From contig CBDDDS010000003.1 of assembly GCA_965226745.1 (NCBI GenBank), forward strand, positions 230,520 to 294,519: 64,000 nt of DNA. The letters run 5' to 3'. This DNA is from Dehalococcoidia bacterium. Lineage in GTDB: Bacteria; Chloroflexota; Dehalococcoidia; Lucifugimonadales; SAR202-VII-2. Positions 38,938 to 47,407 of the stretch are shown here, piece by piece; within the stretch, counting starts at the first letter, position 1, and every line of letters begins with the position of its first letter. A program made the position numbers and the translations under genes. The notes under the pieces are model-generated. The model was given only the letters and a program-made list of their open reading frames with translations. It did not search any database and was not told where the DNA came from.

Positions 38938-40101
38938 CTAGGACGTGGGGCGGGTGCCGAGGGTGACCTCGATGGTCTGCTCCTCGCCGTCGCGGACGAT
39001 GCGGAGGGCAATGGTCTGGCCGACGTCGGTGAAGTGGGCGAGGTGGCTGATGAGGACGTCGGTGGAGATGACGGGATCACCGTCGATAGCGATGATGACG
39101 TCGCCGCCGACGCGGATATCGACGCCGTTGACAGTGGCGAGGTTTTCGCTGCCCCGCAGGTCGGCCTTATCGGCGGGGCTGCCGGGAGAAAGCTCCAGAA
39201 TCATTGCTCCCCGGTGGTTGGAGTCAAGGCCCATGGCCTCAGCGACCCCTGACGTAACGGTGAAGACGCGAACGCCCAGCCAGGAGTGCCTATACTCGCC
39301 GTCTTTGATCAGCACCGGCACGACTTTCTCGACGATGGCTGAGGGTATGGCGAAGCCAAGGCCCGCCGATACCTGTAGAGGCGAGATGATGGCCGACGGC
39401 ACGCCGATGAGCCGGCCATCGGTATCGACGAGGACGCCGCCGGAGTTGCCTGGGTTGATGGATGCGTCGGTTTGGATGACGTCAGGGATGCTGTAGATGC
39501 CGCCCTGAGGGCTGTCGGTGCGCACCGGAAGAACCCTCCCCAGGGCACTGACGAAGCCGACAGTCATGGTGCCCGCGAGTCCAAAGGGGTTGCCGATGGC
39601 TGCCACAAGCCTTCCCACCCTGACATCCGCGGAGGACGCCATCTCGAGGGGAAAGAGGATGTCCTCAGGGACGTCCACCTTGATGACGGCGAGGTCGCTG
39701 TCGCGGTCGACGCCCACGACGCGGGCGGAGGCGGAGAGGCCGTCGTGGAAGGTGACAGTGAGGCTCTCAGCGGGGGAGACGACGTGCTCGTTGGTAACGA
39801 TGTGGCCCTGCTTGTCCCACACGAAGCCGGAGGCAAGGCCCTGGGCGTTGAACCCCGGGAACCCGCCAGAGGAGCTGGCCCCGTCCAATTGAATATTGAC
39901 GACGGAGCGGTTGACTTCATCGTAGACAGCGGCGAGGACATCCTCGAGTTCGGCGATGCTGCCGGATGCTGGGGGGGGGCGCTGGACCGCGGGGGCGTCG
40001 GTGGGCGTCGGGGCCGGTGTATTCGAGGAGGCGCAGGCGGCGGCTGTTATCACCAGGACTGCAACCAGTGCGGTGTACATGTAGGAGAGGTGTCGTCGCA
40101 T
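38938..40101 (-). CDS. S1C (HtrA/DegP) serine protease with PDZ domain
   Basis: Signal/TM segment, TNEHV, D..LAVIKV, GNSGGVLVD catalytic triad context, and a C-terminal PDZ domain. Confidence 0.9.
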   Translation of the reverse strand: MRRHLSYMYTALVAVLVITAAACASSNTPAPTPTDAPAVQRPPPASGSIAELEDVLAAVYDEVNRSVVNIQLDGASSSGGFPGFNAQGLASGFVWDKQGHIVTNEHVVSPAESLTVTFHDGLSASARVVGVDRDSDLAVIKVDVPEDILFPLEMASSADVRVGRLVAAIGNPFGLAGTMTVGFVSALGRVLPVRTDSPQGGIYSIPDVIQTDASINPGNSGGVLVDTDGRLIGVPSAIISPLQVSAGLGFAIPSAIVEKVVPVLIKDGEYRHSWLGVRVFTVTSGVAEAMGLDSNHRGAMILELSPGSPADKADLRGSENLATVNGVDIRVGGDVIIAIDGDPVISTDVLISHLAHFTDVGQTIALRIVRDGEEQTIEVTLGTRPTS

Positions 40102-40293
40102 GGGATGGTCTCGGTGTGTGTGGGCCTCTACATCTTATGATGGGCCAAGCGGGTGAACGGCGCAACGAGCGGCGCCGCGTTGACCTTGCTTCTCTTTCAG
40201 CATCCTGGCGCCGGGCCGCGTGGTTGCGGAGCTCCGGGCGGGGCCACGCTATAGAGCCTGTCCCATAATCCCGTGCAATTCCCTCCTCTCCCT

Positions 40294-40395
40294 AGGGGAA
40301 CGAAGGGAGCGTCGCTTTGTTGCCTTGGCGCTTCCAGACCCCCATCCTAACCTTCCCCCGAGTACAGGGGCAGGGACAGAGGCGCCCCCGGCGCC
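40294..40395. repeat. R-family repeat fragment (hairpin module)
   Basis: GAGCGTCGCTTTGTTGCCTTGGCGCTTCCAGACCCCCATCCTAACCTTCCCCCGAGTACAGGGGCAGGGACAGAG, near-identical to 47450-47525. Confidence 0.8.
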
Positions 40396-40432
40396 CCGCT
40401 GGGCGAGACGACAGGCCCTAGGGCGCTGCAAG

Positions 40433-41719
40433 TTACAGCCACACGCCGATTTCGGCCCGGTGGTTGAGTTCCGAGAGCGCCCAGACCAGGGCGTCGAGGC
40501 GGTCCGGGCTGGCGCCGCTTTCGGGGATCCAGGTGCAGAGCTGGTCCTCGAGGTCTTCCAGGCCGGGGCCGACGTGGAAGACCTTCCCCTGCTCGTAGAG
40601 TGCGGCGATGGGCTCGGCCCGGACGAGCTTGCCTCGGCTGGCGCGGACGGCCTTGTAGGGAATGGATGCGTCCACCGTGCGGAGGACGGACTCCACGAGC
40701 TCGCCGCCGTTGTTGACCTCGCCGATGATGCGGTCGGCGGCGAACTCCCGGTGCGCCCGCACGGCCCGCCGCGCCCACCCGTCGGGCGACAGCCTGCACG
40801 AGCGGTCGGCGAGGACGTAGAAGCTGCCGTCGACGCCGCGGCCGGCAACGACGATGCCGGTCTCGTCGGCGCTGTCGTTGTAGGAGACGGCGGGGTCGAT
40901 GGCGACGACGACGCGGAGGAGGTCCGGGGCGTCGGGGATGGACTGGAAGACCTTGCGTTGCCAGAGGGCGCCTTCGACGTCGTCAAGAAGCTCGGCGTGG
41001 ACCTCCTGGCGGCCCAGGCGGGTCCCCTCGTAGCGGGCGGCGATCCGTTGGAGGAAGGCCTCGGAGAGGTTGGCCCGGTTCTCGTAGGTGGCGCCGCGAG
41101 TGACCGCCGTTGACGGCGAGGCGAGGAGCTCGCGGATGAGGCGAACGGGCCGGGGGGTGGTGGTGACGACGGTGCGCGGGGGTTGGCCCAAGCGGAGGCC
41201 GAACTGGAGCATGTCCCAGGCTTCCGGGTAGCGCCAGGCGGCCATCTCGTCGCACCAGGCCGCATGGAACTGGGGCCCGCGCAGGCGGTCGGGCTCGTCG
41301 GCGGAGAAGGTGGTGGCGACGACGCCGTTGGGCCAGGTGAGGCGGCGCTTGGACGGCTCATAGGCGGGGCGCTCGTCGGGGTGGCCCACGGAGAGGATGC
41401 CGCTGTGGCCCTCGACCATGACGTCGCGAGCGTCGGCGGCGGTAGGGGCGACGAGGGCAATGCGGCGGGCGTTGTTGGAAGCGGCCTGGGCGCGGACCCA
41501 TTCGGCGCCGGTGCGGGTCTTGCCCCAGCCTCGGCCGGCCAGGACGAGCCAGACAAGCCAGTCGCCGTCGGGGGGAAGCTGGGAGGGGCGGGCCCAGGTG
41601 GGCCAGTCCCACTCCAGGGACTCAGCCGCTCCCGGCGCCAACTCCCGTATCACGCTCTTCCTCAAGGCGGGCTGCGATGCTATCGATTGCGCGCTGGAGT
41701 TCGGCTCTTGCATCCTCAT
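40433..41719 (-). CDS. phage/GTA-type terminase large subunit (apparently intact, orphan)
   Basis: 428 aa. Walker A LAGRGWGKTRTGAEWV. WCDEMAAW. Nuclease region VVAIDPAVS...DETGIVVAG. The start may be an internal GTG, because the ORF overlaps the upstream gene by 98 nt. Confidence 0.85.
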   Translation of the reverse strand: MRMQEPNSSAQSIASQPALRKSVIRELAPGAAESLEWDWPTWARPSQLPPDGDWLVWLVLAGRGWGKTRTGAEWVRAQAASNNARRIALVAPTAADARDVMVEGHSGILSVGHPDERPAYEPSKRRLTWPNGVVATTFSADEPDRLRGPQFHAAWCDEMAAWRYPEAWDMLQFGLRLGQPPRTVVTTTPRPVRLIRELLASPSTAVTRGATYENRANLSEAFLQRIAARYEGTRLGRQEVHAELLDDVEGALWQRKVFQSIPDAPDLLRVVVAIDPAVSYNDSADETGIVVAGRGVDGSFYVLADRSCRLSPDGWARRAVRAHREFAADRIIGEVNNGGELVESVLRTVDASIPYKAVRASRGKLVRAEPIAALYEQGKVFHVGPGLEDLEDQLCTWIPESGASPDRLDALVWALSELNHRAEIGVWL

Positions 41720-42083
41720 CCCTCATCCGTGCTGACTTTTCTGCGGGGTCGCCGGGTTTGGAGTGCCGGACGACGGCGCGCTCGACGATCCACTCGGCGA
41801 CGCTGGTGTCTTTCTCCGCGAGCGCGTCGCTTATCACCTCGACGGCCTCCCCAGCGAGCTGGAGCAGTGCGCCTTCAACCTCCTGCCGATGCGAGCCCGG
41901 CGACGCCAGCGCCGGGTCCGGTCCAGCCTGGGGGTCCGTTCCGTCGCTGCGCTTTGCGTGTTCTGCGCGGTGGGCGGCCACCCGGCAGCGCCCGGAACAG
42001 TAGATAGCGTCTCTCCGCAGAGCAGGGGGGAAGCGGGAGGCGCACCAAGGGCAATAGCGGAGAGAGCGCAAGCTGTAGTTCAT
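41622..42083 (-). CDS. zinc-ribbon protein, possible small terminase/DNA-binding partner
   Basis: 153 aa. N-terminal CPWC...YCSGRCRVAAHR zinc ribbon and an acidic helical C-terminus. Immediately upstream of TerL. Confidence 0.45.
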   Translation of the reverse strand: MNYSLRSLRYCPWCASRFPPALRRDAIYCSGRCRVAAHRAEHAKRSDGTDPQAGPDPALASPGSHRQEVEGALLQLAGEAVEVISDALAEKDTSVAEWIVERAVVRHSKPGDPAEKSARMRDEDARAELQRAIDSIAARLEEERDTGVGAGSG

Positions 42084-42127
42084 ACCACCTCAAGGCGACA
42101 ACAGTCAGAATTCTGGGCGGTGAACGG

Positions 42128-42464
42128 GGCTTTGTAACGTTTGTCAGCCGGATTCGGGGTTTGCAGGCACGGAGCCATTACAAAGGCATTACGAGGCATT
42201 ACAAGCCGTTACACAGTCGTTACGGAGCCGTTACAGAGCGGGATGGCTCCAAGGAGCCTGTGCCTTACAACGGCATTCGCTCCGGTTCCAGCCTTCCTCG
42301 GAGGGTTGTGGGCCTGGGGATGTTCCCCAGACCCTCCTGCCACAGGGGGATTCTCTGTGGTTAGCCCCCAGTGCATACGCTATGCGGCAGGCTCCTAAGG
42401 AAGAGAAGCGGGCCTAGGACCTACTTCATGGGGGTACTATAGCACAACTGTTCTTATTTTGCAA
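42128..42464 (-). ncRNA. copy C of dispersed promoter + core + phased-repeat element
   Basis: On the minus strand: -35 TTGCAA (42459-42464), 17-nt spacer, TGTGCTATAGT (-10 at 42436-42441), conserved core, repeats 42171-42234, and 3' module CGTGCCTGCAAACCCCGAATCCGGCTG. It ends 44 nt before the ATG at 42083. Confidence 0.6.
42171..42234 (-). repeat. phased short repeats, GTAAC/GTAAT core, 6 units
   Basis: The minus strand reads GTAACGGCTCC GTAACGACTGT GTAACGGCTT GTAATGCCTC GTAATGCCTTT GTAATGGCTCC. Confidence 0.9.
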
Positions 42465-42520
42465 TAGGGGGGTGGCGGGGGCCCCGGACTCCGGCGTCCG
42501 CCCGCCGATGGGGACGGATG

Positions 42521-42745
42521 GTTTTGTCTTGGCCTGCGCCCTCCATCAGCGAAGGGTCTGGCTTGGCGTGCGCCGCTATCCCGCCCGCACCACCCTCCGA
42601 CGTTTTTGGGTACAGGGGGACTCCCCCTGTACCCCCGGCGGGGGCTGCGCCCCCTGCACCCTGCTTGGGGGGAGGGAGAGGGCTTGCGTTGGCGCGTCCG
42701 GGCGCTTCCTAACCTGCCGCTGGGTACGGGGGTAGGGAGAGAGGG
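42521..42745 (+). repeat. R-family mosaic hairpin repeat, promoter-proximal flank of copy C
   Basis: TTTTGTCTTGGCCTGCGCC...GTACAGGGGGACTCCCCCTGTAC...GGGGGCTGCGCCCCC...CTTCCTAACCTGCC. Confidence 0.8.
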
Positions 42746-42912
42746 CTTACGGTGGGTGTGGGGGCTGCATTCAGCGGTCGACTCGTATGCGGAGCACGCC
42801 ATGCTCGTTGGGGAGGGTGGCTTTGGTCCGGTCGGCCATCGGCTCCCAGGGCGACCAATCCAGAGGGAATTACATACCTAATTACACACGGGGCTGAGCC
42901 CTGGATTGAAGA

Positions 42913-43071
42913 TCAAGACTTGTCTTGGTAGGCATCGACAACAGCCTTGTGGATAATCCTTAACTGCGCCGCCCTATGCTGGGCATCTTCTTCCTGCAAT
43001 TCAGCAAGAGTTCCCTTAGCTATCATGGCTATGAGAATTTCTGCAGCGAGTTCGACCGTTGTCTTTGACAT
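42913..43071 (-). CDS. possible 52-aa small protein
   Basis: Not in the ORF track because it is under 60 aa. ATG is preceded by GGAGGAATTG. Sequence MSKTTVELAAEILIAMIAKGTLAELQEEDAQHRAAQLRIIHKAVVDAYQDKS. Flanked by 25-nt direct repeats. Confidence 0.3.
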   Translation of the reverse strand: MSKTTVELAAEILIAMIAKGTLAELQEEDAQHRAAQLRIIHKAVVDAYQDKS

Positions 43072-43363
43072 CAATTCCTCCCTTCTTCTTCTTCGGGAAT
43101 TATATACCGAATTGCACAGGAACGCCAGCCTTTAGCGATCATGTGTGCTATAGATCGCGGCCAGGGCAACGCTGACAAGGGCTTTGCGGGCCTCTTGTTA
43201 GCGCGCCCTAGCCACGTTCTCCGGCGTGTCAGGTATCCGATCCGGCATGGGATTGACGGCCTGCCCTGCGGGTTCTTCGGCTTGAAATTCGAGACTTGTA
43301 AGGCGCTCGCGAACTAGGAGCCTAGGCTCCCGTCGCGTTCCCGCAGGCTTCCACGTTGCAATT

Positions 43364-43636
43364 CTACCTGTTACGAGTCGCCCACAACTCTCGAAACTGT
43401 TCGCCGCTCAGCGGGCAATCAACTAACTGGTTCAATCCTTCCTTAGTCAGACTCAGTCGTTTGGCTGTATCGGCAAGAATAAAAGAAGACAATTGACCGC
43501 GACTCGAATGGGAGAACTTGGCCGCCCGGTAGTCTAGTCCATCAATCGTTATCCAACAATAGACATGGTGGGAGCTTCTATCCTCAATCGCTCCCAGCTT
43601 ACGCTTCAGAACGCTTCGTAAGTCCCTACTGTCCAC
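43364..43636 (-). CDS. small protein, weakly HicA-like
   Basis: 90 aa, the last gene of a tightly packed three-gene operon. The SSHHVYCW...SHSSRGQLSSFILADTAKRLSL pattern is reminiscent of HicA-type toxins, but the assignment is uncertain. Confidence 0.4.
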   Translation of the reverse strand: MDSRDLRSVLKRKLGAIEDRSSHHVYCWITIDGLDYRAAKFSHSSRGQLSSFILADTAKRLSLTKEGLNQLVDCPLSGEQFRELWATRNR

Positions 43637-43638
43637 CG

Positions 43639-44040
43639 CTAGACGTTAGTCCTGATGCGGACTAGGTTACGGAGTATCTCTAGGTCTTCAGTAGCTGGTG
43701 GCCCCAGTCTTTGGAGGCGCGCCTCCAATGACTGATAGTAGCCACTCAAGGACCTAAGAAGGTCTAGTATTGCATCCTCGAACGAGGTTCCCACTCCGTA
43801 TTCCTGAACTGTCAAATAGGTGATAGCCACCACTTCTTCCCATGAGGTGTAAATCTCAACTATAAGGTCACGGATCAATTCCCAAGAGTCGTCCCAAGAG
43901 TGTTGGGCAGGAACGACATACAGGCCCTGACTCGAAGTGGTATTCCCCGCGTGATTAGTCCCAACATGCAGAGATGTAAGCACCATAGGTTGAAGTGTAG
44001 ATGTATCGACCCTCAACTCGTGAGTCCCTGAAGTCGTCAC
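43639..44040 (-). CDS. small protein with HicB/UPF0150-like C-terminal half
   Basis: 133 aa. VAITYLTVQEYGVGTSFEDAILDLLRSL resembles the HicB N-domain pattern. It begins by overlapping the upstream gene (ATGA). Confidence 0.4.
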   Translation of the reverse strand: MTTSGTHELRVDTSTLQPMVLTSLHVGTNHAGNTTSSQGLYVVPAQHSWDDSWELIRDLIVEIYTSWEEVVAITYLTVQEYGVGTSFEDAILDLLRSLSGYYQSLEARLQRLGPPATEDLEILRNLVRIRTNV

Positions 44041-44351
44041 CCTAAACTCCCATTCGATCCCCAGAACGCATTCCAGTCTTCAGGGGATATTCCTAGTTGA
44101 TTCAAGACTTGCTGGGGGACTTCATATCGTACCCCTAGCTCCGTCTCCTGTCGGATTATCTGTCGTCTGATTATAAAAGTCAAAGCCTTCAGGTGTTCGT
44201 TGCTCATTCTGATAGTACCGAGTACGGATGGTTGCGGAGTAGATGCTGGCTCGGGGTGAGCCTCTCGCAATTGGAAGCCCAAGTTAGCGCCCCAAGGGCC
44301 AGTCGTGACTAAGAAAGCGTCGGAGTAAATATCGAATGGTTCCATAATCAT
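44037..44351 (-). CDS. DUF3467-like small protein
   Basis: DIYSDAFLVTTGPWGANLGFQL...IRMSNEHLKALTFIIRRQI..ETELG resembles DUF3467. Start is uncertain (44351, 44345 or 44378). Confidence 0.4.
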   Translation of the reverse strand: MIMEPFDIYSDAFLVTTGPWGANLGFQLREAHPEPASTPQPSVLGTIRMSNEHLKALTFIIRRQIIRQETELGVRYEVPQQVLNQLGISPEDWNAFWGSNGSLG

Positions 44352-44832
44352 CCCCACGTGGCCTATGCTGCCTTGCAAGCGATCTCCGAATCACCGTTCG
44401 GGAGGTTGAGGGCCCTAGTCCGAGCCGGGTCGCCCGGAGACCGCTGTTGTGTCTGTCTGACGATAACTCGCCCTTGCTACCCAGCCGGTAGCTCTACAAT
44501 CACATTCTAACATCCCAAATCATTCACCATCGCTTGCCATACTGTCAACCCCTGCCTTGACAAGCTCCTCTCACCTAGTGAGACCACCTACCCGCTATAG
44601 CAGATGGTTCTATCAATCCGAGTCACAAGCACTGGATAAGGGGAAGCCTGCCCCCTTGTTGGCTCGCGCTGGTAGACGGGTCTGCTGTAGCAAGTGCCCT
44701 GCTATCCTGGGCCGGAAGAGGGTTCCCTTGTACATGCTGCTTGCCAAGTTCACCTTGGCTGCTGGGGGGTAGCATGGGCGGTGGCGGTGGGGGATGGTGG
44801 CGGTGGAGGCTGGCGGGTTGTTTAGGGCGACC

Positions 44833-46203
44833 CTAGGGAACGGCTGGAAGTTGCAGGGCCTTCATAACGGGGTCGAGGTTGGGCGCTTGGTCGAGTTGCC
44901 ATAGTTCCTCGAGGGCAGCATCCTGGGATTGCGCCGGGAGCAAGCCGTCGCCGAAGCGCCGGAACTTTGCCTCCAGCTCCGCATCGGTGAGGGGGTTGCG
45001 AAAGTGGCCCTTGGGCGAGTCGATTTCAACCGCAATGCGCTCTCCACCGGTGGTTATGGCTTCGAGCCTGGCGGTGATGAACCCGTTGTCGTGTCGCAGA
45101 GTTAGGCCGGGGTCGTTGTGGACGCGGACCCTGGCGATGAGGCTGTGGATGGCGGGGTCGGCTATGCGGTCCTGCGTGAACTGGGCGGGGCCAATATCGC
45201 CGTCGAGGAAGGCGGCGGCTATCAGGTAGGGGAGGCTGTGGTCGGCGGTCTCGCGTTCCCGGACGTTCCACTTGGCCTCACCCTCGCCGATCTCGTGGTA
45301 GCCGAAGTCGTGGATGAAGGCGTGGAGCTCGGCGACGTCCGACGGGGCCAACCGCCGGCGGAGGTCGATGGCGGCCCAGATGTGGCCCTGGGCGTGGTAG
45401 TCGCTGGGGAAGTATTTCATGTTGATGACCCCTGCGTGGAAGTCCGCATCGCGGCCGCCCAGAGGCGGGAGCGTCAACTCCTCTTCCAGCAGCTCGAACA
45501 GGCCCTTGCCCCCATGAAAGGGCTCCGAGGGGCCCGTCATGCCCAGGGCGGCGAGCTGCGCGGCGAAGACGCCGTTGCGGGCGGCGTTGCCTGCGGCGGC
45601 CCCCTTCCACATGGACAGGTGGCCGGAGCGACTGACGCGCAGGGCGAGGTTCGGCGCGAGGGCCAGGGCGGCAGCATGGGCCATCTGCTGATTGGCGAGA
45701 CCCAGAACGCTCCCGGCGCCGAGGGCGGAGGCAATGGCCGTATTGAGGACGTGGTCGAGGCTGTGAAGCCCAAGGTTCACCATTTCTCCGAGGGTGCAGA
45801 AGACCTCGTAGGCGACTGCCATGCCCAGGATGGCGGCCCGTCCGTCTGCCCCGGCGGCGTCGGCGACGGCCAGGACGGCGCCGATGGTATCGCTGGGATG
45901 GCCGCCCTCCTTGGCGCGGTAGATGTCATTGCAGTCCAGGTAGCGGACCATGACGGTGTTGGCGAAGGCAGCCAACTCCGCTGACGTGGGGTCGCTGGTG
46001 AATAGGACGCGGGCGGGCGCCGTTGCCGAGACCTCGCGAGCCATCGCCCGGGCGATGCGGGAAGGCTCGCCACCGAATCCCCCGAGTGCGCAGGCGACGC
46101 TGTCCACGAGGCACCGTTTGATGCCGTGGACGGCGGCCTCGGTCAGGTCGTCGTAGGTAAGGGTTGCAGCGTAGTCGCTGAGGAGTTGGGTGGGCCTATC
46201 CAT
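44833..46203 (-). CDS. MmgE/PrpD family protein (2-methylcitrate dehydratase-like)
   Basis: 456 aa, with the PrpD-family pattern throughout (LDCNDIY, GGHPSD, DHSLPYLIAAA). Confidence 0.9.
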   Translation of the reverse strand: MDRPTQLLSDYAATLTYDDLTEAAVHGIKRCLVDSVACALGGFGGEPSRIARAMAREVSATAPARVLFTSDPTSAELAAFANTVMVRYLDCNDIYRAKEGGHPSDTIGAVLAVADAAGADGRAAILGMAVAYEVFCTLGEMVNLGLHSLDHVLNTAIASALGAGSVLGLANQQMAHAAALALAPNLALRVSRSGHLSMWKGAAAGNAARNGVFAAQLAALGMTGPSEPFHGGKGLFELLEEELTLPPLGGRDADFHAGVINMKYFPSDYHAQGHIWAAIDLRRRLAPSDVAELHAFIHDFGYHEIGEGEAKWNVRERETADHSLPYLIAAAFLDGDIGPAQFTQDRIADPAIHSLIARVRVHNDPGLTLRHDNGFITARLEAITTGGERIAVEIDSPKGHFRNPLTDAELEAKFRRFGDGLLPAQSQDAALEELWQLDQAPNLDPVMKALQLPAVP

Positions 46204-46458
46204 GTCTTCCCGCCATGCTTTCCCGCCAGCGGATTGTACGTGGGGAGCGGCGCAGGGACAACACGGGGTTGGGCCTTACCGCTCGCTGGCGGTCGGCGCG
46301 ACGTTCACCCGGCGCCGCGTGGGAATCGAGGGCGGGATTCGCTGCGGGGCGCGCATCCGCGTCGCTTGGCCGTTGACCGCGGGCGCGTTGGTTGCCTAAG
46401 GTAGTCGGGGGCTTGGGCGGGAAGTCCAAGTCCTTATCTCTTGTTGTGGAGGCTCCGC

Positions 46459-47394
46459 GTGGACATTCTGGTTTCCGGCTCACTGGCCTACGACCGCATC
46501 ATGGACTTTCCGGGCAGGTTCTCGGACCACCTGTTGCCGGGGAAGGCCCACGTCATCAATATCTCCTTCACCGTAGACAAGATGGTGGAGAACTTCGGGG
46601 GCACGGCGGGCAACATTGCCTTCGCGCTGGCGATGCTGGGAGAGAGGGCGCGGATACGGGCCACTATCGGCAGCGATTACGACCGCTATTTCCGGTGGAT
46701 GGGGGAGCACGACATCTCCACGGCTTCGATCAGGATCGTTGAGGAGGAGCTCACGGCGTCGGCGTTCATTACCACCGACCTCGCCGACAACCAAATCACC
46801 GCCTTCAATCCCGGGGCGATGAAGCAATCGGCGGGGAGCGATATGGCGGGAATCGACTCCAAGGACGCCATCGCCATCGTCTCTCCGGGAAACGGCGACG
46901 ACATGACCGGGTACGCGGGCGCCTACCGGGACGCCGGTTTGCCGTTCATCTTCGATCCCGGCCAGTCGATTCCGGTGTTGTCGGGAGAGCAGTTGCTGGA
47001 GGGGATTCGAGGCTCGCGGCTGCTCATTGCCAACGACTACGAGATGGAGATGATCCTTGGGAAGGCGGAGGTGGAGCAGTCCGAGCTTCTGGAGCTGACC
47101 GAGGCTATCATCACGACCCGCGGGGAGCATGGCTCGGTGATCTCGGAGGTGGATGGGGACAACTCGATCCCGGCGATTCCCCTGTCGAATGTGGTAGACC
47201 CCACGGGGGCCGGAGATGCCTACCGGGCCGCTCTCATCAAGGGGCTGATCGAGGGGAAGGACCTGGTAACCTGCGCCAAGATGGGGACGGTGTGCGCCGC
47301 CTACGCGGTGGAGGTATACGGGACGCAGACGTACCGCTTTACGGCGGAGGAATTCAAGGAGCGGTACGAGCAGCATTTCGGGCCGCTGTACTAG
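46459..47394 (+). CDS. PfkB-family carbohydrate/nucleoside kinase
   Basis: GTG start 6 nt after GGAGG. GGTAGNIAFAL and the PfkB signature VDPTGAGDAYRAALI. Confidence 0.85.
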   Translation: MDILVSGSLAYDRIMDFPGRFSDHLLPGKAHVINISFTVDKMVENFGGTAGNIAFALAMLGERARIRATIGSDYDRYFRWMGEHDISTASIRIVEEELTASAFITTDLADNQITAFNPGAMKQSAGSDMAGIDSKDAIAIVSPGNGDDMTGYAGAYRDAGLPFIFDPGQSIPVLSGEQLLEGIRGSRLLIANDYEMEMILGKAEVEQSELLELTEAIITTRGEHGSVISEVDGDNSIPAIPLSNVVDPTGAGDAYRAALIKGLIEGKDLVTCAKMGTVCAAYAVEVYGTQTYRFTAEEFKERYEQHFGPLY

Positions 47395-47407
47395 GGCCTG
47401 TAGCACA

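Noticed and set aside
40249-41556. 435-aa minus-strand ORF in an alternative frame of the terminase region
   Set aside because: The translation is P/S/A/R-rich low-complexity sequence. The overlapping frame encodes a convincing TerL.
42437-42802. 121-aa minus-strand ORF, plus a short MADRTKATLPNEHGVLRIRVDR peptide near 42780-42850 that resembles an Hsp20 C-terminus
   Set aside because: The ORF is translated from R repeats. The Hsp20-like string is only ~20 aa with no upstream alpha-crystallin domain, so at best it is an unverifiable gene remnant.
43141-43156. TGTGCTATAG on the plus strand, resembling the extended -10 of the dispersed element
   Set aside because: There is no TTGCAA-like -35 at 17 nt and no conserved core downstream. 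It is probably a chance match or a tiny remnant.
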